Assembly (NCBI GenBank): GCA_963835065.1
Contig: CAWIEK010000003.1
Span: 128,001 to 192,000 of the forward strand
Direction of reading: 5' to 3'
Length of the DNA: 64,000 nucleotides
Source: an uncultured Chthonomonadaceae bacterium
GTDB taxonomy: Bacteria; Armatimonadota; Chthonomonadetes; Chthonomonadales; Chthonomonadaceae
A program made the position numbers and the translations under genes. Below, one piece after another: positions 21,529 to 30,579 of this stretch. Positions within the stretch are counted from its first letter, which is position 1. The number at the start of each line of letters is the position of its first letter. The notes below the pieces were generated by a model. It saw only the letters and a program-made list of their open reading frames with translations, searched no databases and was not told where the DNA came from.

Positions 21529-23520
21529 ATGATGAGACTACTGGAAAGCGGGCTGGCGCAGGCGAAAGCGTGGTATGCGGCGCAGGCGCTCAGTTCGGAC
21601 AGCGAAGCAGAGCGAAAGCGAGCCATGCAGACGCTGCGCGAATTAGGCGCGGCCAGCCTGCCGTCCCTCCACGCCACCATTCGCCGCACGGGAGCGCCCC
21701 GCGCCCAATTCAGCGCGGCGGTGGTGCTGCACTGGCTTGGCAATCCCCTGGGGATCAGCGTTCTCCTGGACGGCTTGAAGTGGCAGTTGCCTTCCGAGCC
21801 TCAACTGGCGCGCGACCTTGAAGCCTGCTTTATTCAAATCGGCTCGCCGGACGCGCCCGCCGCCCTCATTCCCGTGTGGAAGCAATTGCTGACGACCAAA
21901 GACAACAAGCGCGTCCGCAAAACCATTTGCCGCGTTTGGGCCGCCTGCAAAGACCCCCGCGTACTGACGGTTCTGGCCGATACCGCGCTGGAACACGCGG
22001 AATTGTTCGAGGAAACCGTTCCCAAATTCGGCGAGGCCGCGCTGGATATGCTGGCGCAAATGCTCCTTGATCCCCTGCCCGCAAAACGCAGCCTTGCCGT
22101 CCGTACCGCGCGCCATATTCCTTCGCCGGATACCACAATGCTGCTGTTCCCCCTGCTGCGCGACCCCGACCACAGCGTTCGCGCCCTGATTCCGCACACG
22201 CTGGTGGGATTGGGGCGGCAGTACACCGGCAATCTGGACATTTACACCCCTATGCTGAACGCCCTGGAAGCCGGGTACAGCACGCCGCAGGCGATTGCCA
22301 TTCTGCTGAACCGTTTTCCGCTTCCTTACGATGCTCTGCTCCGCCTGGTACTGCGCTGGAATGGACAGCAGGAATCATCGGGAGATACGCTGGAAGCGGT
22401 TTTGACGGCACTGCCCGCGCTGGGCAACATGCCCCTGTACAGCATGGGCGCGCGCAGTGAACTCCAACAGCAGCTTTGCGGCGTACTTGCCCGCCGTCCC
22501 GAACCCGCCCTGATCGTCGGCATTGCGCGCATTCTCGCCATGCACGGACGCGGGCCGGAATACACCGGCGCGCAGACACGGACGGTTTTGCTTTCCCTGC
22601 TGCCGCACCCGGACGCCGAAGTTCGCATCCAGATGGGACACACGCTTGCCGTTTTTGAGGATCAGGTCGGCAAACAGATGCAGCAATTGGTGGAAGCGGC
22701 CTGGCCGCAGCCCAACCTGCGCGGCAAATTTCAATCCCTCCTGCGTGGTGGTTCTGATGCCACACAGGTCGCCAATCAGGCAATGCAGTGGTTCACAAAA
22801 TTCTCCAAAGACACGATGGAGCGCTGGAACGCCCCTCACTCCGGCAACGGCGACTCGCCTGTCCCGGTCCATGACCCGCGCTGTCCCGATCTGATACGGC
22901 AACTGCTGGACAATTCCCTGTCCGCGCTCCATGCCGGCGCGGGCGATCAGGCCGAAACCACGCGAGACCTGGCGATTGCCTGCATCCGCGCGCTTGTCCG
23001 CATGGACGCTCCCATTGCCCGAACCGCGCGCAGTCAGTTTGTTCGCGCCCTGCTTTCGGCTACCCTGCCGGTCAAACTTGCGCCTGCCAATGCCTATGGA
23101 CACGGCGAGCCTCAGCTTCAGGATGGCAGTGACGATGTGCGCCTTGCGGCAGGGCAGGCGCTGTTGTCCCTTTACGGCGCGGATAGTTTTCCCCTGTTCG
23201 TCGAGGCGATACACGCGCCCCAACTTGCTGTCCGACTGACGGGAATCGCGTTTTTGGGCGAGCTTGGCGAAGTGCGCGGTTTGTCCCTGCTGCAAGCCCT
23301 GGCCGCGCAAAACGATTTACTGGTATCCCCGGCAGCAAGCGCCGCGATTGCCCGCATCCGCCAGCGCAACCCGGAAACCATGACCCTGCTGCGCGCGTCC
23401 ACCCTAAGCGACGGGCGGCCCGAAACCCTGCTGCGCCCGGCTTTGGGGAACATCGCGCCCACGCCGCCCGACTTACTGCTGCGTCCCGCTGAACACCCCG
23501 CGCCATCTTCCCAAACATAA
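21529..23520 (+). CDS. HEAT-repeat protein with triple-LLR tail (paralogue 1)
   Basis: HEAT-like units (LLRDPDHSVR, LLPHPDAEVR); tail TLLRAS..ETLLRP..DLLLRP. Confidence 0.75.
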   Translation: MMRLLESGLAQAKAWYAAQALSSDSEAERKRAMQTLRELGAASLPSLHATIRRTGAPRAQFSAAVVLHWLGNPLGISVLLDGLKWQLPSEPQLARDLEACFIQIGSPDAPAALIPVWKQLLTTKDNKRVRKTICRVWAACKDPRVLTVLADTALEHAELFEETVPKFGEAALDMLAQMLLDPLPAKRSLAVRTARHIPSPDTTMLLFPLLRDPDHSVRALIPHTLVGLGRQYTGNLDIYTPMLNALEAGYSTPQAIAILLNRFPLPYDALLRLVLRWNGQQESSGDTLEAVLTALPALGNMPLYSMGARSELQQQLCGVLARRPEPALIVGIARILAMHGRGPEYTGAQTRTVLLSLLPHPDAEVRIQMGHTLAVFEDQVGKQMQQLVEAAWPQPNLRGKFQSLLRGGSDATQVANQAMQWFTKFSKDTMERWNAPHSGNGDSPVPVHDPRCPDLIRQLLDNSLSALHAGAGDQAETTRDLAIACIRALVRMDAPIARTARSQFVRALLSATLPVKLAPANAYGHGEPQLQDGSDDVRLAAGQALLSLYGADSFPLFVEAIHAPQLAVRLTGIAFLGELGEVRGLSLLQALAAQNDLLVSPAASAAIARIRQRNPETMTLLRASTLSDGRPETLLRPALGNIAPTPPDLLLRPAEHPAPSSQT

Positions 23521-23547
23521 ACAGGCTATAAGGAAGCCGCAAAATCT

Positions 23548-24552
23548 ATGTTGCCGTCCCGTTTTCAACATGCCGCGCCCAATTCCCTGCGTTCCCGCTT
23601 CCACGCCTGCCGCCTGCGCGTTCAGAACGGCTGGCAGTGGCGGCGGCAAATCGCGCATCTTGGCAGCGCAAACCACGCTGAGTACGCAAGCGCGGCGGAA
23701 TGGCTGTTGGCGCGGCACGAACCGGCGCGGCCTCAACTGCACCGCGCGCTCAGAGCGGCTTCCCCGGTTGCCTGCGGCGCGGCAGGGGTATTGCATCAGC
23801 TTGGCGATTCGCAGGGGGTGCGCTATATATTGCTGCGCGCCTATCAGGATGAGTGGTTTACCCACTATCCCGCACAGGACATTTCGGCGTCAGCGCATCA
23901 TCTCGAACAGCGCATCGGAGCAGAGCCAATACGGCAGGTGATATGGCAGGCGCTTGAAGACGCTTGCTACGCTCCCAACGCGCAAGCCTGCCTGCAAACC
24001 CTGACGATTGCCCTGAGCGGGCTGCGCGCCCTGAACGTAATCGCTTCCCATTCTGAAGCGCCTTCCAATAGCAAGAACGACACTTCCTTCTGGATGCAGG
24101 CATTTCTTTTTGGGACTGCCCAATTGCCTCCTTACAAGCAGGCGATCACCTCCATGCCCCTGCTTGCCAACATGACCGGCTGGATTCGCGCCGAAGCCAT
24201 GCGCGGACTATTGCGCGAACATTCTGCGGATATATGCCTGCCAGTTTTCTCGGACGCGCTGCAAGCGGAGGATCAATCCGTCGTCCGCAGCGCCATTATC
24301 GCGCTGCAATGCCTGGGGAATCCCCGCGCTGTTCCCGCGCTGGAAACCCTTGCGTTCACAACCGGGCATCCGCTTTCCCTGCCGGCCCGCCGCGCCATCG
24401 AGCGCCTTGCCGGGACACAAGCCGAAGTTCTCACGCTGGTACGCGCCTCCCGCGAAGACGTAGAAGCCGAAGAACTGCTCCGAGCCGCCCATCCCACGCG
24501 CCCCGAAGCGGCGGAAGGGGAACGGGAAACGCTGCTGCATGTGAGGCATTAG
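23548..24552 (+). CDS. HEAT-repeat protein with triple-LLR tail (paralogue 2)
   Basis: SVVRSAIIALQCLGNPRAVPALE; tail TLVRAS..EELLRA..ETLLH. Confidence 0.7.
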   Translation: MLPSRFQHAAPNSLRSRFHACRLRVQNGWQWRRQIAHLGSANHAEYASAAEWLLARHEPARPQLHRALRAASPVACGAAGVLHQLGDSQGVRYILLRAYQDEWFTHYPAQDISASAHHLEQRIGAEPIRQVIWQALEDACYAPNAQACLQTLTIALSGLRALNVIASHSEAPSNSKNDTSFWMQAFLFGTAQLPPYKQAITSMPLLANMTGWIRAEAMRGLLREHSADICLPVFSDALQAEDQSVVRSAIIALQCLGNPRAVPALETLAFTTGHPLSLPARRAIERLAGTQAEVLTLVRASREDVEAEELLRAAHPTRPEAAEGERETLLHVRH

Positions 24553-24633
24553 GCATCAGGCATTAGATACAAGAGAGAAGAGAGAAGACAGAAGGTACTT
24601 GTTCCTAATGCCTGATGCCTAATGCCTGATGCC
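24544..24633. repeat. AGGCAT(T/C) heptamer inverted-arm element, copy 1
   Basis: AGGCATT/C x3 ... TAATGCC/TGATGCC x4; spacer AGATACAAGA..AGAAGGTACTTGT shared with 33295-33362. Confidence 0.85.
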
Positions 24634-24675
24634 TACTCAGGAGGTGCTTTTCTGCGCGAACTTGTAGAAGATACA

Positions 24676-25701
24676 ATGGATTGGCTGACGGCGCGCTGCG
24701 GCCTGCCGGTTATGGAGCGGGGGCCGCGCCATCTGCGGGCGGCGGTTCGCCATCTGGACAGCCCAAATAATGCCCGCCGCTTGCGCGCCGAAACGGAATT
24801 GCAGGCGGCGCTTCCCGGTCATGCCCGCTCCCTGCTGCATCGCGCGGCGCGTTCCGGGGGGCGCAGCCGCGCCATCCGCGCAACCTTGCTGCTGACGCAA
24901 ATGCAGGATCGGCAGGGGCGCGAACTGCTGCACCAGTTGATACAGGAACCAGGGCTGCGGCAGGGAGAACAGGGCGAAAACTTGCGCCATGCCGCCCGAT
25001 TATTGCTCACGCCCGAACGCTACGCGCAGCAGGCGCGGGGCGCGCTGGCCCTGTTGGAACAGCGCCCGGAAAGCTGCCGGGCGATTGCGCTGTTTCGGCA
25101 GGCGACCGAAATACTGCGCTTCATGCGCGCGCCACTGCCCTCGGACATTTTGGATCGCGCGCTCGTCGTTCGCACGGTCGGGGGCGAAAACCTGAGCATG
25201 GCGCGGGCTGCCCTGCGCGGAACCCTGGGCGTAGACGTGGAGCATATCTGCCTGATTCGCAAGGAGGCCGTTCTGATGCTTCTCCACGCGCCCGACCATT
25301 CTTATGCCCTGAAACGCCTGCTGCGCGCCGCCGCGTATCCCAACCCTGCCGTGCAGTTGACCGCTCTGTTCGGACTGGCGGAACTCAACGATCCGCGCGG
25401 CGTTGACGTTGCGCTGCCTATCGCGCAGGATGATTCCAGTCCCATTCAGGAGGATGCGCGGGAAGTTTTGGCGCGGCTGAACCGACTCGCCTCCGCCCCG
25501 CTCACGCTCCTCCGGGCTTCCGAGCGGCAGCCGGAACCCGCAAAGGAACTGCTGCGCTCCACGCGCCCCTTTTCAGATGATTACGACGCCCTGTTGCGCT
25601 CCTCTCCTCATTTGCAGACGCCGGGTAAACCGAATGAAGGTAGGAATCAACAGAAAACAGGCGCAAACAGCCCTGAACAGCAGCAAATCAACGGCAACTG
25701 A
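24676..25701 (+). CDS. HEAT-repeat protein with triple-LLR tail (paralogue 3)
   Basis: AVQLTALFGLAELNDPRG; tail TLLRAS..KELLRS..DALLRS. Confidence 0.7.
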   Translation: MDWLTARCGLPVMERGPRHLRAAVRHLDSPNNARRLRAETELQAALPGHARSLLHRAARSGGRSRAIRATLLLTQMQDRQGRELLHQLIQEPGLRQGEQGENLRHAARLLLTPERYAQQARGALALLEQRPESCRAIALFRQATEILRFMRAPLPSDILDRALVVRTVGGENLSMARAALRGTLGVDVEHICLIRKEAVLMLLHAPDHSYALKRLLRAAAYPNPAVQLTALFGLAELNDPRGVDVALPIAQDDSSPIQEDAREVLARLNRLASAPLTLLRASERQPEPAKELLRSTRPFSDDYDALLRSSPHLQTPGKPNEGRNQQKTGANSPEQQQINGN

Positions 25702-25745
25702 AAATCAAGCAGGAAATTGAGGAACGCAGGAGCAAATAACCTTTC

Positions 25746-26705
25746 ATGCTTTCGGACACTTTTGGACGCTATTATTCCCTGTACCGAGTTCACCGCGCCA
25801 TTCGCCTGCTCAACGACCCGCGCCTTCCCCTGCGCGCGGACGCGAAAGAGCAGCTGCGGAGCGCGCGTTCGCTGAGCGTGAAACCTTTGCGGCAGGTCGC
25901 CTTTCGACAGCGCTCCCTGCTCGCCATCCATGCGGCGGAACTGCTCATCGAAATGGACGACGCGCAGGGATTGTACGCCCTGCTTGCGCAATACTCCGAC
26001 CGCTATCTGGCATCGTGGCATGGGCAGCATCTGCGCATGATTTTGGGGCGCGTGGGCAGCGAGCGGATTCTGCGCGTTCTGGAAGCCTCCCTGGACTGGA
26101 TGGAAACTTCGCCCCTGCTGCGCGAACACTGGTGTCTGTCGCTGTCCGTGTATGCCCTTCATGCGCTCGAAGCCCTGCGCGCCCGCGTCCCTTTTTCGCT
26201 GTGGCGGCGCGCGCTGTCCGCGTACTCGCCGGGTTTTGAGGATTTGCGCGCGTGCCGCGCAGTGGTTTCCATGAATGAGATTCTGGGCAGTTCCGCATCC
26301 GCGCATGACGACAACTGGCGCGTCGGTTCCACGCTTGCCGCCGTGCGCCGGGTTGCCATAGACGCCCTGCTCACCTTAGACCGCGCCCATGCGTTCGACC
26401 TGCTGCGCGACGCGCTGGCCCACTCTGCCCCGGAAGTGCAATTAACCGCGCTGTACGGCCTGGCGCACCTGCGCGACCCGCGCGCTTACGTGCTGCTTCA
26501 ACCTATCGCCGCGGATCGCCGCCATCCCCTGGCGCGGGATGCCCGCCGCGTCATCGAATCTTTCGGTTCGCGCCAGCCGGACGCGCTGACCCTGGTTCGC
26601 GCCGCCGCGCCGCAGGAAATCCGTCCGAACGAACTCTTGCGTCCCACCACGCCCGTAACCGACGCCGACCCGGATACGCTGCTAAGAGTAGTCAGTAGTC
26701 AGTAG
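25746..26705 (+). CDS. HEAT-repeat protein with triple-LLR tail (paralogue 4)
   Basis: EVQLTALYGLAHLRDPRA; tail TLVRAA..NELLRP..DTLLRV. Confidence 0.72.
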   Translation: MLSDTFGRYYSLYRVHRAIRLLNDPRLPLRADAKEQLRSARSLSVKPLRQVAFRQRSLLAIHAAELLIEMDDAQGLYALLAQYSDRYLASWHGQHLRMILGRVGSERILRVLEASLDWMETSPLLREHWCLSLSVYALHALEALRARVPFSLWRRALSAYSPGFEDLRACRAVVSMNEILGSSASAHDDNWRVGSTLAAVRRVAIDALLTLDRAHAFDLLRDALAHSAPEVQLTALYGLAHLRDPRAYVLLQPIAADRRHPLARDARRVIESFGSRQPDALTLVRAAAPQEIRPNELLRPTTPVTDADPDTLLRVVSSQ

Positions 26706-26805
26706 TCAGTAGAGGAACGCGCTCTGAAATTTTATACTGCGCCGCGCCTCTCAGGTAAACAGGCATTTACTGACTACTGACTACTGACTACTGACTACTG
26801 ACTAC
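26687..26805. repeat. GTAGTCA/TGACTAC heptamer inverted-arm element
   Basis: About 3 copies, a spacer, then about 5 inverted copies; supplies the upstream stop codon. Confidence 0.85.
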
Positions 26806-26820
26806 TTCAAGGAGACTGAT

Positions 26821-27630
26821 TTGCCCTACCCTTTGTGCGCGATTGATATGGACGATACCCTGCTCGATCCGAACCACGAGATTACGCCCCTGAGCGCGGA
26901 GGCAATACAGAAAACGCGCGCATTGGGTGTGACCGTCGTTGTCGCGTCGGGACGGATGCATGCGGCCACGCGGCGCTATACGCAGCAGTTGCAACTGGAT
27001 ACGCCCGTGATTTCCTACAATGGCGCGATGGTGAAGAATGCGGCAACCGGGGAAGTGTGGCTGGAAGAACACGTTGAGGCTGATTTAGCCGCCGAGATAC
27101 GGCAGTTTGCGCGGGAAAACGATCTACAGCTGAACTACTATCTGCGCGACATTTTGTATTCTGCCGCGCAAACGCAATGGCTTGACCTGTATCAATCCCG
27201 AACCGGAGCGCCCATCGAAATTTTGCCGGATTTTGAAACCCGCTTGCAGGGCACGACGCCGACAAAACTCGTGTTCGTGGACTCGCCCGAACGAATTGCC
27301 GGATTGCTCAAGCCGATGCAGGAACGTTTCGGGCAGAAGTCTTACGTGACGCGCAGCAACGACGAATACCTGGAATTCATGCCGCCCAACGCGGACAAGG
27401 GCAAGGCGCTGGCATTGGTGGCCTCGAAATTGGGCGTCACCGCCGCGCAGACAGTCGCTTTTGGGGATAGCTGGAACGACATTCCCATGTTAAAGTGGGC
27501 CGGCAAAAGCTGCGCGGTCGCCAATGCCAAACCTGAAGTGCGCAGCATCGCGGGGGAAACCATCGGCAGCAACAAGGAAGACGGCGTAGCCCACGCCCTC
27601 GCCGCCATCTACGGCTTCACCCTATCCTAA
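26821..27630 (+). CDS. Cof-type HAD-IIB hydrolase
   Basis: DMDDTLL, ASGR, DKGKAL, FGDSWNDIPML. Confidence 0.93.
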   Translation: MPYPLCAIDMDDTLLDPNHEITPLSAEAIQKTRALGVTVVVASGRMHAATRRYTQQLQLDTPVISYNGAMVKNAATGEVWLEEHVEADLAAEIRQFARENDLQLNYYLRDILYSAAQTQWLDLYQSRTGAPIEILPDFETRLQGTTPTKLVFVDSPERIAGLLKPMQERFGQKSYVTRSNDEYLEFMPPNADKGKALALVASKLGVTAAQTVAFGDSWNDIPMLKWAGKSCAVANAKPEVRSIAGETIGSNKEDGVAHALAAIYGFTLS

Positions 27631-27658
27631 ACTGCCCCCATGCGCCTTACATGAAAAG

Positions 27659-27708
27659 CCCCTCTCCTAGCGAGGAACGAGCGGCCAGGAGAGGGGTTGG
27701 GGTGAGGT
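27659..27708. repeat. CCCCTCTCC..GGAGAGGGG REP-like palindrome, copy 1
   Basis: 50 bp identical (inverted) to 51697-51746. Confidence 0.9.
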
Positions 27709-27729
27709 ATTCCTACAGGAGCAACAACC

Positions 27730-28560
27730 ATGTCACTATTGAAGCCGTTGGACGGCAGTAAGAAAGTACAGTTGAAGGATATAGACCCCGCTGATACGGG
27801 CGGGTTGGGGAAGGAAGACGGCAAAAAACACGCCGCAGAACTGCTGAACGAACTCAGCGAACTGCAAACCCTGCTGTATGCCGCGCAGGAAACGCCCTTG
27901 CTGATCGTGCTGCAAGGCATGGACACGGCGGGCAAGGATGGCGCGATACGCAGCCTGTCCATTGCGATGAACCCGCAAAGCTGCCGCGTGGCGACGTTCA
28001 AAGTGCCCACGCCCTCCGAATCCGCGCACGATTTTTTGTGGCGCGTCCATGCCGAAACGCCCGGTAAGGGAAGCGTGACGATCTTCAACCGCTCCCATTA
28101 CGAGGATGTGCTTGTCGTGCGCGTTCATAACCTGGTTCCCAAAAGCGCCTGGGAGAAACGCTACGATGACATCAACAACTTCGAGCGCCTGCTGACCGAC
28201 AACGGCGCGATTATTCGCAAGTTCTTCCTGCACATCAGCAAGGACGAGCAGGAACAACGCCTGCTGGCCCGCGAACAGGACCCGACGAAATCCTGGAAAC
28301 TGTCCACCTCGGATTGGAAAGAGCGCGAACTGTGGGACAACTATCAGGAAGCGTATAAGGATGCGCTGAACCGCTGCGCCACGCCGGATGCGCCCTGGTA
28401 CGTGGTTCCCGCTAACCACAAGTGGTTCCGGGATGTGGCGATTGCCGAATGTCTCGTGGAAACCCTGCGCCCCCTGCGCGACAGCTGGATGAAAGCGCTC
28501 AAAGCGCGGGGCGCGGAGGAATTACAGCAATTGCGCGCGATGCGCCAACAGCACTCCTGA
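27730..28560 (+). CDS. ppk2: Polyphosphate kinase 2 family protein
   Basis: LQGMDTAGKDG, HDFLWR, FNRSHYEDVL, APWYVVPANHKWFR. Confidence 0.93.
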   Translation: MSLLKPLDGSKKVQLKDIDPADTGGLGKEDGKKHAAELLNELSELQTLLYAAQETPLLIVLQGMDTAGKDGAIRSLSIAMNPQSCRVATFKVPTPSESAHDFLWRVHAETPGKGSVTIFNRSHYEDVLVVRVHNLVPKSAWEKRYDDINNFERLLTDNGAIIRKFFLHISKDEQEQRLLAREQDPTKSWKLSTSDWKERELWDNYQEAYKDALNRCATPDAPWYVVPANHKWFRDVAIAECLVETLRPLRDSWMKALKARGAEELQQLRAMRQQHS

Positions 28561-28690
28561 AAAGTGGAGAGTGAAAGTGGAGAGTGAGAGTTGAGAAGTT
28601 TTTGGTAACGCAAGCCAAAAATGTCTAACTGGCATGAATCTTGCAGTATTATATTTCAGGCAAATTTCGTTTCAGGAGTTATTTTTAATT

Positions 28691-29728
28691 ATGCAAGCAA
28701 CACCTCTATCCAGTCAGGAGACGCTTCCCCCTTCTGCTGAAAACGAGGCGGCGAAAGTTCCGCAAGCCGCCCGCGCGGTTCCCCCTTCGCCTGTGCGCCG
28801 TTCCCTGCTGCCCGGACTGCTCAAAGGTTCGGCGCTGTTCCTGCTGGGCGTGGGCGCGGCGCTGGCGTATGGGCGTCTGCGTCCCGGTTCCACGTTGCTT
28901 ACTGTCAACGGCGTTGCTATCAGCAGCGCGGAATTTCAGCATCGGTGCGAAGTGGCGGCGGGCGGGCAGGTGATGCGGCAGATGGTGCTGGACGAATTGC
29001 AATTGCAGTTCGCCAAAAAGCAGGGCGTGATGCCCTCACAGGCGGCAATTGACGAGAAATACGCGCAGGCTTCCAAACAGGACGGGTTTGCCAAGATGCT
29101 GGAAGACAGCCATCAGACGCCCGAAGATATCAAGCGCGGCATTGCCGTCAATCTGGCGCAGGCCGCCACCATCAATAAGAACGTCAGCGTGACCGAAGCC
29201 GACGCGCAGGCGTTTTACAAGCAAAACACCGACCCGCGCAATCCCAACGCCCGCTATTATCGCCCGGAAGCCATTCAAATCGCGGCCATCATCAGCGACA
29301 ATGACAGCGATATCAAAAGCGCCCTGCACGACCTTGCCAGCGGGCAATCGTTCGCGGCAGTGGCGCAAAAATACAGCAAGGACGCCAGCAAGCAAAACAA
29401 CGGCCTGCTGCCCGCCATTCGGCGCGGAGCCACCGATCCGAAGAAGTTCCCCGGCATGGAGCAAACGCTGTTCAAACTCAAGCCCGGCCAGCAGATTGAC
29501 GACATCAAGCTCGCCAACGCCTTCTGGCTGATCCGCTGCATCAACCACCAGACCGAAACCACCATTCCCTACGAACAGGTGAAAGCCGAGTGCCTCACGG
29601 GGGCCAGCCTCGCCAAAGGGCTGCAAACCAACGGCCAGGCGCTCCAGGCCGATTATGCCGCATTCCAGAAAAGCGCCGACATCAAACCCATTGATCCCGC
29701 CTACAAAAACCTGAATATTGTAAAGTAA
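28691..29728 (+). CDS. Membrane-anchored PpiC/parvulin-type foldase (PrsA/SurA-like)
   Basis: TM segment, TVNGVAIS, FAAVAQKYSKDASKQNNGLL. Confidence 0.8.
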   Translation: MQATPLSSQETLPPSAENEAAKVPQAARAVPPSPVRRSLLPGLLKGSALFLLGVGAALAYGRLRPGSTLLTVNGVAISSAEFQHRCEVAAGGQVMRQMVLDELQLQFAKKQGVMPSQAAIDEKYAQASKQDGFAKMLEDSHQTPEDIKRGIAVNLAQAATINKNVSVTEADAQAFYKQNTDPRNPNARYYRPEAIQIAAIISDNDSDIKSALHDLASGQSFAAVAQKYSKDASKQNNGLLPAIRRGATDPKKFPGMEQTLFKLKPGQQIDDIKLANAFWLIRCINHQTETTIPYEQVKAECLTGASLAKGLQTNGQALQADYAAFQKSADIKPIDPAYKNLNIVK

Positions 29729-29879
29729 GCCAACGCAGTAGCTGTTGATGTTCGTGCGGTCCACGTTCTTGCGCTTGACAATTGCTTGTTTGGCTGGTAA
29801 ACTGTTGTCGCCAAACTTTTTGAGTACCAGCAGGACTGGCATGGATGCACAACGATGTATTATTTATTCGGGAGGAAGT

Positions 29880-30479
29880 ATGACTAAGCGAGGATTTCGG
29901 ATGACCTTGACGCTGCTGTCCGGCAGCCTGCTGCTCGGCGTCAGCGCCCTGATGGGATGTGGCGGCGGGAGCAGCAGCAGCGCAGGCGTACCCAACGGCA
30001 AGGCCACGCGGGCGCAGGTGCTGCGCGGGCGCTACCTGGTGACTTCGATAGGATGTACCGATTGCCACAGCGGCGGCGCGGATCCCAGCAGCGCGAAATG
30101 GCTGGCAGGCTATCAGTCGGGCGCACCCAACAGCGTGTTCACTCTGGGGCCAAACACGGTTTATACCGCCAACATCACGCCCGATGCCACAACGGGTATT
30201 GGAACGTGGACATCAAGGGATATTTTCAATGCCCTGCGCAATGGCAAGGACAAGGAAGGCAAATTCCTTGCGCCCGTCATGCCCTGGACCTCGTTCCGCA
30301 ATCTGACGGACGACGACATCTACTCCATCGCCGCCTATCTTCAAAACCTTCGTGCCGTGACCAATGCCGTTCCCGCCAACACCGGGCCTGGCGGGACGGA
30401 GCCGGACTGGACTCATGCTTACGACGCGCTGACGCCGCTGCCCTCCTACCCGACTGCCAGCGAAAACAATGTGCCGTAA
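29880..30479 (+). CDS. Monoheme cytochrome c lipoprotein
   Basis: Lipobox LMGC, RGRYLV..CTDCH, NITPDATTGIGTW, MPW. Confidence 0.88.
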   Translation: MTKRGFRMTLTLLSGSLLLGVSALMGCGGGSSSSAGVPNGKATRAQVLRGRYLVTSIGCTDCHSGGADPSSAKWLAGYQSGAPNSVFTLGPNTVYTANITPDATTGIGTWTSRDIFNALRNGKDKEGKFLAPVMPWTSFRNLTDDDIYSIAAYLQNLRAVTNAVPANTGPGGTEPDWTHAYDALTPLPSYPTASENNVP

Positions 30480-30525
30480 GCCAGATTTCGGCAGTGGTTT
30501 TCAACCACCGCCGAAAGGTGTTGTG

Positions 30526-30564
30526 TAACAGGAGCCATCCCAAACTACGGGATGGCTCCTGTTA
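30526..30564. terminator. Hairpin between convergent genes
   Basis: 16-bp perfect stem TAACAGGAGCCATCCC / GGGATGGCTCCTGTTA. Confidence 0.6.
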
Positions 30565-30579
30565 TGTGGCCGGATACGA

